Part shown: positions 49,178 to 62,100 of the stretch, one piece after another
How the letters are laid out: every line of letters begins with the position of its first letter
Numbering within the stretch: position 1 is the first letter of the stretch
NCBI GenBank assembly: GCA_032718475.1
Contig: JAUCBJ010008087.1
Span: 1-64,000 of the forward strand
DNA length: 64,000 bases
From: Nemertoderma westbladi
Lineage: Eukaryota > Animalia > Xenacoelomorpha
Direction: 5' to 3'
Translations under genes and position numbers: made by a program
The notes under the pieces: model-generated
Databases searched by the model: none
Told to the model about the DNA's origin: nothing
The model's input: only the letters and a program-made list of their open reading frames with translations

Positions 49178-49418
49178 AGGTGTAATATTATGGTTTTGTT
49201 CAGAAATGGAATAAATGAGAAAGCGCGTCACTGGGGGTTGAACCAGTGCTATACGTACGTTTCAGCCTATCAGGCTTCATCAGTAGCGCTAACCAGTTCA
49301 GCCACTTGCCCCTGACATTCACTCTCCCACCTAATAATCCACTATTCATTTCTGAACAAAACCATAATATTACACCTTTAATTACAGTTGCATCAACAGC
49401 TCAACTCCAATTCATTTA
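49178..49418 (-). mobile_element. Short insertion carrying a tRNA-like Pol III promoter plus hammerhead, with a 35-bp inverted repeat and 12-bp flanking direct repeat
   Basis: A box 49293-49304, B box 49234-49244. Inverted repeat 49174-49208 and 49347-49381. AGAATAATTTAA at 49166-49177 and 49419-49430. Confidence 0.75.
49245..49290 (-). ncRNA. Type I minimal hammerhead ribozyme
   Basis: Minus strand AGCGCUA-CUGAUGA-AGCCU(GAU)AGGCU-GAAAC-GUAC-GUA-UAGCACU. Full core, stem I 6/7 bp, stem II 5 bp, palindromic stem III ACGUACGU, GUA cleavage site. Confidence 0.92.
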
Positions 49419-50569
49419 AGAATAATTTAATTAATTTCACAATAAGCTGTGATTCAATGAGAAATTAGTAATATTTACACTGGCGTGTTACACATTAATT
49501 GCTATATCTCGGAAACTAGAAGTCGCATCAAATTGTTAAATATTTCAAAAACTTCACGATATAATAAGGTAACCGTTGTATAAAAATTATACAATTCCAC
49601 TGCAAGGAAATTTCATATTTTCCATTAATGTTAGTGAAGATTTTTCACATAATTAAATTGTGATTGCTCTATTGATTTTAGGTGTAATTTATTTATTTGT
49701 TTTAGTTTAGAAACCACAATAGTTTATCATATAACAAATAAATATTTTGGGGATAAGGGTTTTTGAGGTCGATAAATCCGATGGGCGAGGATACATCAAC
49801 CCGTTTAGTAGAGAAGTTGTGTATAATAGTTGTGTAATCTTGTACCAGTAAAATTGGTATTAAAAATATGGTTAAATTATTAGACAAATTTCCGTTGCTC
49901 TGGAAACTAAATTGGTAACTATATAGAAGTGCATACTTCTGTCAATCGATAGTCATTAGAGTAAAGTTTGACTGTACCAAATTTCGAGAAAATCCCAACA
50001 ATCCAATAGACCTCTTGTTGCTATGTAAAATCCGTGTTGCTAAGGAAAGAAACAGGAAATTGAAGGTGATCCGCATAATATATTTTGATAGACTTTTTTG
50101 GGGGTATTAACAAGGTAATGTAGAATAAAAAAAGTTAGTTTGGATGAATTGCGAATTTGTTATGGGTTGACCCCCTTTTTCGGCTAGATTGACTCGTCTA
50201 AACTGTATCTCAGCTATTTGTCAACAACTGCACTACCAGTAACTGCAGTAACATGACTACCTCAGTACCTGAATACTTGATTACCGGTACCGTTACTGCG
50301 TTATATCAGTATGTAGGCCTACCGCTGTGGCGCTGTACCGTATGCCGTATTTCTGTATTTTGTTAGCCAGTACAGCAGTACCGGTAGCGCGGTAGGTTAC
50401 CGGTACATGTTAGCAGTTGTATCTATTTCGGTTCTAGTCTAATTCAACAGTTCAAAGCTGCAAGGTCTTTTTGTCAGGTGCCAGCTTGCTGCTCTGCTGC
50501 TCTGTCAACCTGCATGCTGGCATGGCAACGTCAGAACGTTGAACGTCTAACGGTCGATTGGATGATGCG

Positions 50570-50793
50570 ATGCAACCTGATCAAAATCAACAGCAAGGAT
50601 ACCTGATTCCTGTAGTTTGTGCTCCTCACGACCTGAAATTTTACCTGGACAACTTGAGTAGCCACAAACAGTTATTAACTATATATAATCCATGCGAATT
50701 TGTTCTTCATTACAAACTGCTTTCTAATGCGCGCGATAAATACATAGTCTCAGAACCAGAAGGAAAAATTAAACCTTATAAATGTATTGATAT
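50570..50793 (+). CDS. MOSPD1: Motile sperm domain-containing protein 1-like, coding exon 1
   Basis: IPVVCAPHDLKFY...SHKQLLTIYNP.EF...KY.V..EG.IKP..CID matches the MOSPD1 MSP domain. Donor GTAAGT at 50794 (phase 2). Confidence 0.9.
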
Positions 50794-50981
50794 GTAAGTG
50801 CAGAACATGATATAATTCCTGGGGTGTTTAGTACAATTACAATTAATTGCATGCATTCATTCGCCTTACAGCCTTACCACTTGCACTTAACCGTTCAGCC
50901 GTTGTACAATTTTTATTGATTTCACTCACCAACAGACTAAGGAGGAGGGAGGTGCGTGTCCCTGGATTACGACACTATCTA

Positions 50982-52206
50982 CACAATGGCTCAGAATATA
51001 CTTTCGTTATTAATGTACCTGCCCCACCCCCACCCAAAAAAAATTTCTACAAATCTTAAATGAGATGGCATGAAATTTGAATTTGAAACAAAGATAGTTC
51101 CATCTCCCTCCTCCTTAGTAGGTGAGCCAGAGTCAGAATTTTTATTTTTGCTTCATTCTTTAGCTGCAAGCGTTTAAAAATGGTGTCTCCGAGCTCCGAC
51201 GAAATTGCATCAGTTACACCCCTTGGCTGCTTGGTTACCGTTACACCGCAGATATTCTTCAAACCTGTAGTGAGTTGTTGGTAGTAGTGGAAAGCTGACC
51301 GTGCAAGGACTGCAAATATGTAAAAATATTTGAATTTGGTTGGTAAATACTGAAATAGCGGAGATATGGGCATTCGAATTTTGCATGTATTCAGGTATTA
51401 GCTTCCACTGCAGGCCATTTATTCCATTTAATAAATACACAATGTTCTAGAACGTTTTGTTTATCTCATAAGTAGCTTGGCAACAATGCAAAGCCTACAT
51501 AATAATACTAGTAAATTCATACATCAATACATAATCAAAAATGTTCTCGAACATTGTGTATTAATTAAATAGAATAAATGGCCTACCGGTACAGCGGAAA
51601 CAAATACATGCAACTTTCGAATGCCCATATCTCAGCTATTTCCCTACCAAATTCGAATATTTTAACATAATATTTGGAATGGGCGGGGTAGCTCAGTTGG
51701 TTGAGCGCCGGGCCTGCAATCTATTGGTTGTAGGTTCAGCCCCGCCAGGGTCCACTCAGCCTTTCATCCACTGGGGTCGATAAAATGAGTACCAGTTAAA
51801 TAACTGGGAGCAAATCTTGGGATAGGAGTAGCGCCCACCCCTACCCTCGGGTAGCCGAAAGAGGAGCCTTCGGGTCGCCTCCGGCTTCGGCCGACTATTT
51901 GCTTTTACTTGATTTGGAATGGAATCCTTGCACGGTCAGCTTTCCACTAGTACCAACAAATCACTACAGGTTTGAAGAGTAACTGCGGTGTAACTGATGC
52001 AATTTCGTCGGAGACACCTTTAAATGCTTGTAGCAAAAGAATGAAAACAAAAATAAAAATTCTGGCTCACCCACTAGGGAGGAGGGAGATGAAAGTATCT
52101 CTGTCTCAAATTTCATGCAATCTCATTAAGATTTGTAGAAAAATTTTTTGGGGGGAGGGGGAGGTACCTGAATAACGAAACGACACTATTTTTCCAGGAC
52201 ATGGTG
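50982..52206. mobile_element. Foldback MITE (TA-flanked, CACCATGTCCTGGAA-type ends, arms of about 500 bp) in intron 1; family fragments also at about 3860-3985, 45920-46010 and 48325-48850
   Basis: 50982-51480 is the degenerate reverse complement of 51540-52206 once the SINE is removed. Confidence 0.8.
51681..51911 (+). mobile_element. tRNA-derived SINE with a Ceph/Nin-like central domain
   Basis: A box TAGCTCAGTTGG, B box GGTTCAGCCCC, core ACTCAGCCTTTCATCC...GGGGTCGATAAAATGAGTACC, and TSD ATTTGGAATGG (51672-51682 and 51912-51922). Confidence 0.88.
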
Positions 52207-52644
52207 TATATTCAGATATTCCAGGACATGGTGCAATCGTGTACCGGTCAGCCGGTAGGCGGTAGCCTGTGTTGGACTTGGTTCCCTCAACTCAGATCTG
52301 TAACCTATATTTTATTGTCTAAACTGCGTGCAGTACGGTACAAATTCAATTGGTGTTACATGTTATCACGCTAAATGCTAACTCACCCTGAAATAAGGTC
52401 AAAATATCCCAACGATATCAGATATTATTAATGTATTGTTCGATTTGAAGAAAAGGTCGGAATGGTTGATAGCTTAGTTTTTGTAATTCACTAAAATGAT
52501 TGCATTAATGTATGTGGTTTAGTCATTGCATTATTATTGCTGATAACTTTGCGCTGTAGTAAATTTTAATGTTATTTGTATTTTTTATTGACCTATCAAA
52601 ATATTCGTTCAGTCATTGCATCCTGTGTCTATTATTGCTTTCAG

Positions 52645-52783
52645 TGTCATTAGACATGTGAACATACATACAGCCGATGTTGGTGTCGAAGATAAGTTTC
52701 GATTGATGGTGTGGCAGTCCGGAAATCGGTCACTAAGCAACCAGAAAGATGTCATGGTTACCTTATTTGCTACGGACGACAAG
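52645..52783 (+). CDS. MOSPD1: MOSPD1-like, coding exon 2
   Basis: Acceptor ctttcAG, phase-compatible with exon 1. Gives IVIRHVNIHTADVGVEDKFRLMVW...KDVMVTLF. Donor GTAGGG at 52784. Confidence 0.92.
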
Positions 52784-53084
52784 GTAGGGTTCTGAAGATC
52801 TGGGGTCTATCGAGTGAATGGGTTAATCATTTCATTATTAATATTTGGTTTAATTGTTATATTTAATGACATTGCAACAGCTTGGTGTTCAAGATCAGCA
52901 GAGTGGCAGTGCCAAATTTTGCCGAAAAAAAGAAATAAAATATTCACCGATAGCCGGAAAAGTGTGTACTTTAACTTTAAAAAAATTACTTACTTTCCAG
53001 CTATGGGACCCATAGCCTATGGGTGCACCTTGAATCAGGCATCATCATCTGATAATAATCAAGCGTAATTTATTATTATTTTAG

Positions 53085-53187
53085 CCGATGTCGAACAAGT
53101 TGGACGGCAGAAATACCCAGATATCTCAGGGATTGCTGTATAGCAGACGAGATGGAAGTGAAAGCGGCCCTCCAACCTTACAGTACG
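53085..53187 (+). CDS. MOSPD1: MOSPD1-like, probable coding exon 3 (linker)
   Basis: Acceptor ttattttAG, open phase-0 frame PMSNKLDGRNTQISQGLLYSRRDGSESGPPTLQY, donor GTACGT at 53188. Confidence 0.65.
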
Positions 53188-56100
53188 GTACGTCCAACCT
53201 TACAGTACGATAGGTCCAACCTTACAGTACGATAGATCCAACCTTACAGTACGATAGATCCAACCTTACAGTACGATATGTCCAATCTTACAGTACGGTA
53301 CGTCCAACCTTACAGTATGATAGGTCCAACCTTACAGTACGATAGATCCAACCTTACAGTTACAGTACGATAGATCCAACCTTACAGTACGATAGATCCA
53401 ACCTTACAGTACGATAGATCCAACCTTACAGTACGATAGGTCCAACCTTACAGTGCGATAGATCCAACCTTACAGTACAGTACGATAGATCCAACCTTAC
53501 AGTGCGATAGATCCAACCTTACAGTACGATAGATCCAACCTTACAGTACGGTATGTCCAACCTTACAGTACGATAGATCCAACCTTACAGTGCGATAGAT
53601 CCAACCTTACAGTTACAGTACGATAGATCCAACCTTACAGTACGATAGATCCAACCTTACAGTACAGTACGATAGATCCAACCTTACAGTACGATAGATC
53701 CAACCTTACAGTACAGTACGATAGATCCAACCTTACAGTTACAGTACGATAGATCCAACCTTACTGTACGATAGATCCAACATTACAGTACGATAGATCC
53801 AACCTTACAGTTACAGCGCGATAGATCCAACCTTACAGTTACAGTACGATAGATCCAACCTTACAGTTACAGTACGATAGATCCAACCTTACAGTACGAT
53901 AGATCCAACCTTACAGTGCGATAGATCTAACCTTACAGTACGATAGATCCAACCTTACAGTACAGTACGATAGATCCAACCTTACAGTACGATAGATCCA
54001 ACCTTACAGTACAGTACGATAGATCCAACCTTACAGTACAGTACGATAGATCCAACCTTACAGTACGATAGATCCAACCTTACAGTACAGTACGATAGAT
54101 CCAACCTTACAGTTACAGTACGATAGATCCAACCTTACAGTACGATAGATCCAACATTACAGTACGATAGATCCAACCTTACAGTTACAGCGCGATAGAT
54201 CCAACCTTACAGTTACAGTACGATAGATCCAACCTTACAGTTACAGTATGATAGATCCAACCTTACAGTACGATAGATCCAACCTTACAGTGCGATAGAT
54301 CTAACCTTACAGTACGATAGATCCAACCTTACCGTTACAGTACGACAGATCCAACCTTACAGTTACAGTACGATAGATCCAACCTTACAGTACGATAGGT
54401 CCAACCTTACAGTACGATAGATCCAATCTTACAGTACGATAGATCCAACCTTACAGTACGATAGGTCCAACCTTACAGTTACAGTACGATAGATCCAACC
54501 TTACAGTACGATAGATCCAACCTTACAGTACGATAGATCCAACCTTACAGTACGATAGATCCAACCTTACAGTGCGATAGATCCAACCTTTCAGTTACAG
54601 TACGATAGATCCAACCTTACAGTTACAGTACGATAGATCCAACGTTACAGTATGATAGATCCAACCTTACAGTGCGATAGATCCAACCTTACAGTACGAT
54701 AGATCCAACCTTACAGTACGATAGATCCAACCTTACAGTACGATAGATCCAACCTTACAGTACGATAGATCCAACCTTACAGTACGATAGATCCAACCTT
54801 ACAGTGCGATAGATCCAACCTTTCAGTTACAGTACGATAGATCCAACCTTACAGTTACAGTACGATAGATCCAACCTTACAGTACGATAGATCCAACCTT
54901 ACAGTACGATAGATCCAACCTTACAGTACAGTACGATAGATCCAACCTTACAGTATGATAGATCCAACCTTACAGTACGATAGATCCAACCTTACAGTAC
55001 GATAGATCCAACCTTACAGTATGATAGGTCCAACCTTACAGTACGATAGGTCCAACCTTACAGTACGATAGATCCAACCTTACAGTACAGTACGATAGAT
55101 CCAACCTTACAGTGCGATAGATCCATCCTTACAGTACGATAGATCCAACCTTTCAGTACGATAGATCCAACCTTACAGTGCGATAGATCCAACCTTACAG
55201 TTACAGTACGATAGATCCAACCTTACAGTTACAGTACGATAGATCCAACCTTACAGTACGATAGATCCAACCTTACAGTACGATAGATCCAACCTTACAG
55301 TACGATAGGTCCAACCTTACAGTACGATAGATCCAACCTTACAGTACTATAGATCCAACCTTACAGTACGATAGATCCAACCTTACAGTGCGATAGATCC
55401 AACCTTACAGTACAGTACGATGGATCCAACCTTACAGTACGATAGGTCCAACCTTATAGTACGATAGATCCAACCTTACAGTACAGTACGATAGGTCCAA
55501 CCTTACAGTACGGTACGATAGATCCAACCTTACAGTACGATAGATCCAACCTTACAGTGCGATAGATCCAACCTTACAGTACGATAGATCCAACCTTACA
55601 GTACGATAGATCCAACCTTACAGTACGATAGATCCAACCTTACAGTACGATAGATCCAACCTTACAGTACGATAGATCCAACCGTACAGTACGATAGATC
55701 CAACCTTACAGTTACAGTACAATAGATCCAACCTTACAGTACAGTACGATAGATCCAACCTTACAGTACAGTACGATAGGTCCAACCTTCCAGTACAGTA
55801 CGATAGATCCAACCTTACAGTTTGATAGATCCAACCTTACAGTACGATAGATCCAACCTTACAGTACGATAGATCCAACCTTACAGTACGATAGATCCAA
55901 CCTTACAGTACGATAGATCCAACCTTACAGTTACAGTACGATAGATCCAACCTTACAGTTACAGTACGATAGATCCAACCTTACAGTGCGATAGATCCAA
56001 CCTTACAGTGCGATAGATCCAACCTTACAGTGCGATAGATCCAACCTTACAGTACGATAGATCCAATCTTACAGTACAGCATGATAGATCCAACCTTACA

Positions 56101-59100
56101 GTACAGTACGATAGATCCAACCTTCCAGTACAGTACGATAGATCCAACCTTACAGTACAGCACGATAGATCCAACCTTACAGTACAGTACGATAGATCCA
56201 ACCTTCCAGTACAGTACGATAGATCCAACCTTACAGTGCGATAGATCCAACCTTACAGTACGATAGATCCAACCTTACAGCTCGATAGATCCAACCTTAC
56301 AGTTACAGTATGATAGATCCAACCTTACAGTTACAGTATGATAGATCCAACCTTACAGTTGCAGTACGATAGATCCAACCTTACAGTACGATAGATCCAA
56401 CCTTACAGTGCGATAGATCCAACCTTACAGTACGATCGGTCCAACCTTACAGTACGATAGGTCCAATCTTACAGTACAATAGATCCAACCTTACAGTACG
56501 ATAGATCCAACCTTACAGTGCCATAGATCCAACCTTACAGTACGGTACGTCCAACCTTACAGTATGATGGATCCAACCTTACAGTGCGATAGATCCAACC
56601 TTACAGTACGATCGGTCCAACCTTACAGTATGATGGATCCAACCTTACAGTGCGATAGATCCAACCTTACAGTACGATAGATCCAACCTTACAGCTCGAT
56701 AGATCCAACCTTACAGTTACAGTATGATAGATCCAACCTTACAGTTACAGTATGATAGATCCAACCTTACAGTTGCAGTACGATAGATCCAACCTTACAG
56801 TACGATAGATCCAACCTTACAGTGCGATAGATCCAACCTTACAGTGCCATAGATCCAACCTTACAGTACGGTACGTCCAACCTTACAGTATGATGGATCC
56901 AACCTTACAGTGCGATAGATCCAACCTTACAGTACGATCGGTCCAACCTTACAGTATGATAGATCCAACCTTACAGTACGATATGTCCAACCTTACAGTA
57001 CGATAGATCCAACCTTACAGTACGATCGGTCCAACCTTACAGTATGATGGATCCAACCTTACAGTGCGATAGATCCAACCTTACAGTACGATAGATCCAA
57101 CCTTACAGTACAATAGATCCAACCTTACAGTACGATAGATCCAACCTTACAGTACGATAGATCCAACCTTACAGTACAGTACGATAGATCCAACCTTACA
57201 GTGCGATAGGTCCAACCTTACAGTATGATAGGTCCAATCTTACAGTACGATAGATCCAACCTTACAGTACGATAGATCCAACCTTACAGTACGGTACGTC
57301 CAACCTTACAGTACGGTACATCCAACCTTACAGTACGATAGATCCAACCTTACAGTACGATAGTTCCAACCTTACAGTACGATAGATCCAACCTTACAGT
57401 GCGATAGATCCAACCTTACAGTACGATATGTCCAACCTTACAGTACGATAGATCCAACCTTACAGTATGATAGATCCAACCTTACAGTACAGTACGATAG
57501 ATCCAACCTTACAGTGCGATAGATCCAACCTTACAGTGCGATAGATCCAACCTTACAGTGCGATAGATCCAACCTTACAGTACAGCACGATAGATCCAAC
57601 CTTACAGTACAGTACAATAGATCCAACCTTCCAGTACAGTACGATAGATCCAACCTTACAGTACAGTACGATAGATCCAACCTTCCAGTACAGTACGATA
57701 GATCCAACCTTACAGTACGATAGATCCAACCTTACAGTACAGTACGATAGATCCAACCTTCCAGTACAGTACGATAGATCCAACCTTACAGTGCGATAGA
57801 TCCAACCTTACAGTACGATAGATCCAACCTTACAGTACGATAGATCCAACCTTACAGTTACAGTACGATAGATCCAACCTTACAGTTACAGTACGATAGA
57901 TCCAACCTTACAGTTGCAGTACGATAGATCCAACCTTCCTTACAGTGCGATAGATCCAACCTTACAGTACGATAGATCCAACCTTCCAGTACAGTACGAT
58001 AGATCCAACCTTACAGTACAGTACGATAGATCCAACCTTCCAGTACAGTACGATAGATCCAACCTTCCAGTACAGTACGATAGATCCAACCTTACAGTGC
58101 AATAGGCCCAACCTTACAGTGCGATAGATCCAACCTTACAGTACGATAGATCCAACCTTGCAGTACGATAGATCCAACCTTACAGTACGATAGATCCAAC
58201 CTTACAGTACAGTACGATAGATCCAACCTTACAGTACAGTACGATAGATCCAACCTTACGTTCAGTACGATAGATCCAACCTTCCAGTACAGTACGATAG
58301 ATCCAACCTTACAGTGCGATAGATCCAACCTTACAGTACGATAGATCCAACCTTACAGTACGATAGATCCAACCTTACAGTACGATAGATCCAACCTTAC
58401 AGTACGATAGATCCAACCTTACAGTACGATAGATCCAACCTTACAGTACAGTCGATAGATCCAACCTTACAGTACGATAGATCCAACCTTACAGTGCGAT
58501 AGATCCAACCTTACAGTACGATAGATCCAACCTTACAGTACGATAGATCCAACCTTACAGTACGATAGATCCAACCTTACAGTACAGCACGATAGATCCA
58601 ACCTTACAGTACAGTACGATAGATCCAACCTTCCAGTACAGTACGATAGATCCAACCTTACAGTGCGATAGATCCAACCTTACAGTACGATAGATCCAAC
58701 CTTACAGTACGATAGATCCAACCTTACAGTCAGTACGATAGATCCAACCTTACAGTTACAGTACGATAGATCCAACCTTACAGTTGCAGTACGATAGATC
58801 CAACCTTACAGTGCGATAGATCCAACCTTACAGTACAGCACGATAGATCCAACCTTACAGTACAGTACGATAGATCCAACCTTCCAGTACAGTACGATAG
58901 ATCCAACCTTACAGTGCGATAGATCCAACCTTACAGTACGATAGATCCAACCTTACAGTACGATAGATCCAACCTTACAGTACGATAGATCCAACCTTAC
59001 AGTACGTCGATAGATCCAACCTTACAGTACAGTACGATAGATCCAACCTTACAGTTGCAGTACGATAGATCCAACCTTCCAGTACAGTACGATAGATCCA

Positions 59101-62100
59101 ACCTTACAGTGCGATAGATCCAACCTTACAGTACGATAGATCCAACCTTACAGTACGATAGATCCAACCTTACAGTACGATAGATCCAACCTTACAGTAC
59201 AGCACGATAGATCCAACCTTACAGTACAGTACGATAGATCCAACCTTCCAGTACAGTGCGATAGATCCAACCTTACAGTACGATAGATCCAACCTTACAG
59301 TGCGATAGATCCAACCTTACAGTACGATAGATCCAACCTTACAGTACGATAGATCCAACCTTACAGTACGATAGATCCAACCTTACAGTACAGCACGATA
59401 GATCCAACCTTACAGTACAGTACGATAGATCCAACCTTCCAGTACAGTACGATAGATCCAACCTTACAGTGCGATAGATCCAACCTTACAGTACGATAGA
59501 TCCAACCTTACAGTATGATAGATCCAACCTTACAGTACGATAGATCCAACCTTACAGTTACAGTACGATAGATCCAACCTTACAGTTACAGTACGATAGA
59601 TCCAACCTTACAGTTGCAGTACGATAGATCCAACCTTACAGTGCGATAGATCCAACCTTACAGTTACAGTACGATAGATCCAACCTTACAGTACAGTACG
59701 ATAGATCCAACCTTACAGTGCGATAGATCCAACCTTACAGTTACAGTACGATAGATCCAACCTTACAGTTACAGTATGATAGATCCAACCTTACAGTTAC
59801 AGTACGATAGATCCAACCTTACAGTTACAGTACGATAGATCCAACCTTACAGTACGATAGATCCAACCTTACAGTGCGATAGATCCAACCTTACAGTACG
59901 ATCGGTCCAACCTTACAGTACGATAGGTCCAATCTTACAGTACGATATATCCAACCTTACAGTATGATAGATCCAACCTTACAGTGCGATAGATCCAACC
60001 TTACAGTACGGTACATCCAACCTTACAGTACGATAGATCCAACCTTACAGTACGATATGTCCAACCTTACAGTACGATAGATCCAACCTTACAGTACGAT
60101 CGGTCCAACCTTACAGTACGATGGATCCAACCTTACAGTGCGATAGATCCAACCTTACAGTACGATAGATCCAACCTTACAGTACGATAGATCCAACCTT
60201 ACAGTACGATAGATCCAACCTTACAGTACGATAGATCCAACCTTACAGTACAGTACGATAGATCCAACCTTACAGTGCGATAGGTCCAACCTTACAGTAC
60301 GATAGGTCCAATCTTAAAGTACGATAGATCCAACCTTACAGTACGATAGATCCAACCTTACAGTACGGTACGTCCAACCTTCCAGTACGGTACATCCAAC
60401 CTTACAGTACGATAGATCCAACCTTACAGTACGATAGGTCCAACCTTACAGTACGATAGATCCAACCTTACAGTGCGATAGATCCAACCTTACAGTACGA
60501 TATGTCCAACCTTACAGTATGATAGATCCAACCTTACAGTACGATAGATCCAACCTTACAGTACAGTACGATAGATCCAACCTTACAGTGCGATAGATCC
60601 AACCTTACAGTGCGATAGATCCAACCTTACAGTGCGATAGATCCAACCTTACAGTACGATATGTCCAACCTTACAGTACGATAGGTCCAATCTTACAGTA
60701 CGATAGATCCAATCTTACAGTACAATAGATCCAACCTTACAGTACGATAGATCCAACCTTACAGTACGATAGATCCAACCTTACAGTACGATAGATCCAA
60801 CCTTACAGTACGATAGATCCAACCTTACAGTGCGATAGATCCAACCTTACAGTACGATAGATCCAACCTTACAGTACAATAGGTCCAACCTTACAGTACG
60901 ATAGATTCAACCTTACAGTGCAATAGATTCAACCTTACAGTACGATATGTTCAACCTTACAGTACAGTACGATAGATCCAACCTTACAGTGCGATAGATC
61001 CAACCTTACAGTGCGATAGATCCAACCTTACAGTGCGATAGATCCAACCTTACAGTACAATGGATCCAACCTTACAGTGCGATAGATCCAACCTTACAGT
61101 ACGATAGATCCAACCTTACAGTACAATAGATCCAACCTTACAGTACGATAGATCCAACCTTACAGTACGATAGATCCAACCTTACAGTACGATAGATCCA
61201 ACCTTACAGTACGATAGATCCAACCTTACAGTACAGTACGATAGATCCAACCTTACAGTGCGATAGGTCCAACCTTACAGTACGATAGGTCCAATCTTAC
61301 AGTACGATAGATCCAACCTTACAGTACGATAGATCCAACCTTACAGTACGGTACGTCCAACCTTCCAGTACGGTACATCCAACGTTACAGTACGATAGAT
61401 CCAACCTTACAGTACGATAGGTCCAACCTTACAGTACGATAGATCCAACCTTACAGTGCGATAGATCCAACCTTACAGTACGATATGTCCAACCTTACAG
61501 TACGATAGATCCAACCTTACAGTACGATAGATCCAACCTTACAGTACAGTACGATAGATCCAACCTTACAGTGCGATAGATCCAACCTTACAGTGCGATA
61601 GATCCAACCTTACAGTGCGATAGATCCAACCTTACAGTACGATATGTCCAACCTTACAGTACGATAGGTCCAATCTTACAGTACGATAGATCCAATCTTA
61701 CAGTACAATAGATCCAACCTTACAGTACGATAGATCCAACCTTACAGTACGATAGATCCAACCTTACAGTACGATAGATCCAACCTTACAGTACGATAGA
61801 TCCAACCTTACAGTACGGTACATCCAACCTTACAGTACGGTACATCCAACCTTACAGTACGATAGATCCAACCTTACAGTACAATAGGTCCAACCTTACA
61901 GTACGATAGATTCAACCTTACAGTGCAATAGATTCAACCTTACAGTACGATATGTTCAACCTTACAGTACGATATATCCAACCTTACAGTACAATAGATC
62001 CAACCTTACAGTACAGTACGATAGATCCAACCTTACAGTGCGATAGATCCAACCTTACAGTGCGATAGATCCAACCTTACAGTGCGATAGATCCAACCTT

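Larger units (their letters stand above)
48952..50195. mobile_element. Non-autonomous TIR element (GAGTCAATCTAGC...GCTAGATTGACTC), apparent 3-bp TSD GTC
   Basis: 13-bp perfect termini extended by about 120 bp of degenerate inverted repeat. Confidence 0.75.

Noticed and set aside
51681-51750. Functional tRNA-Cys
   Set aside because: The stems do not close, and it continues into a SINE body with a TSD.
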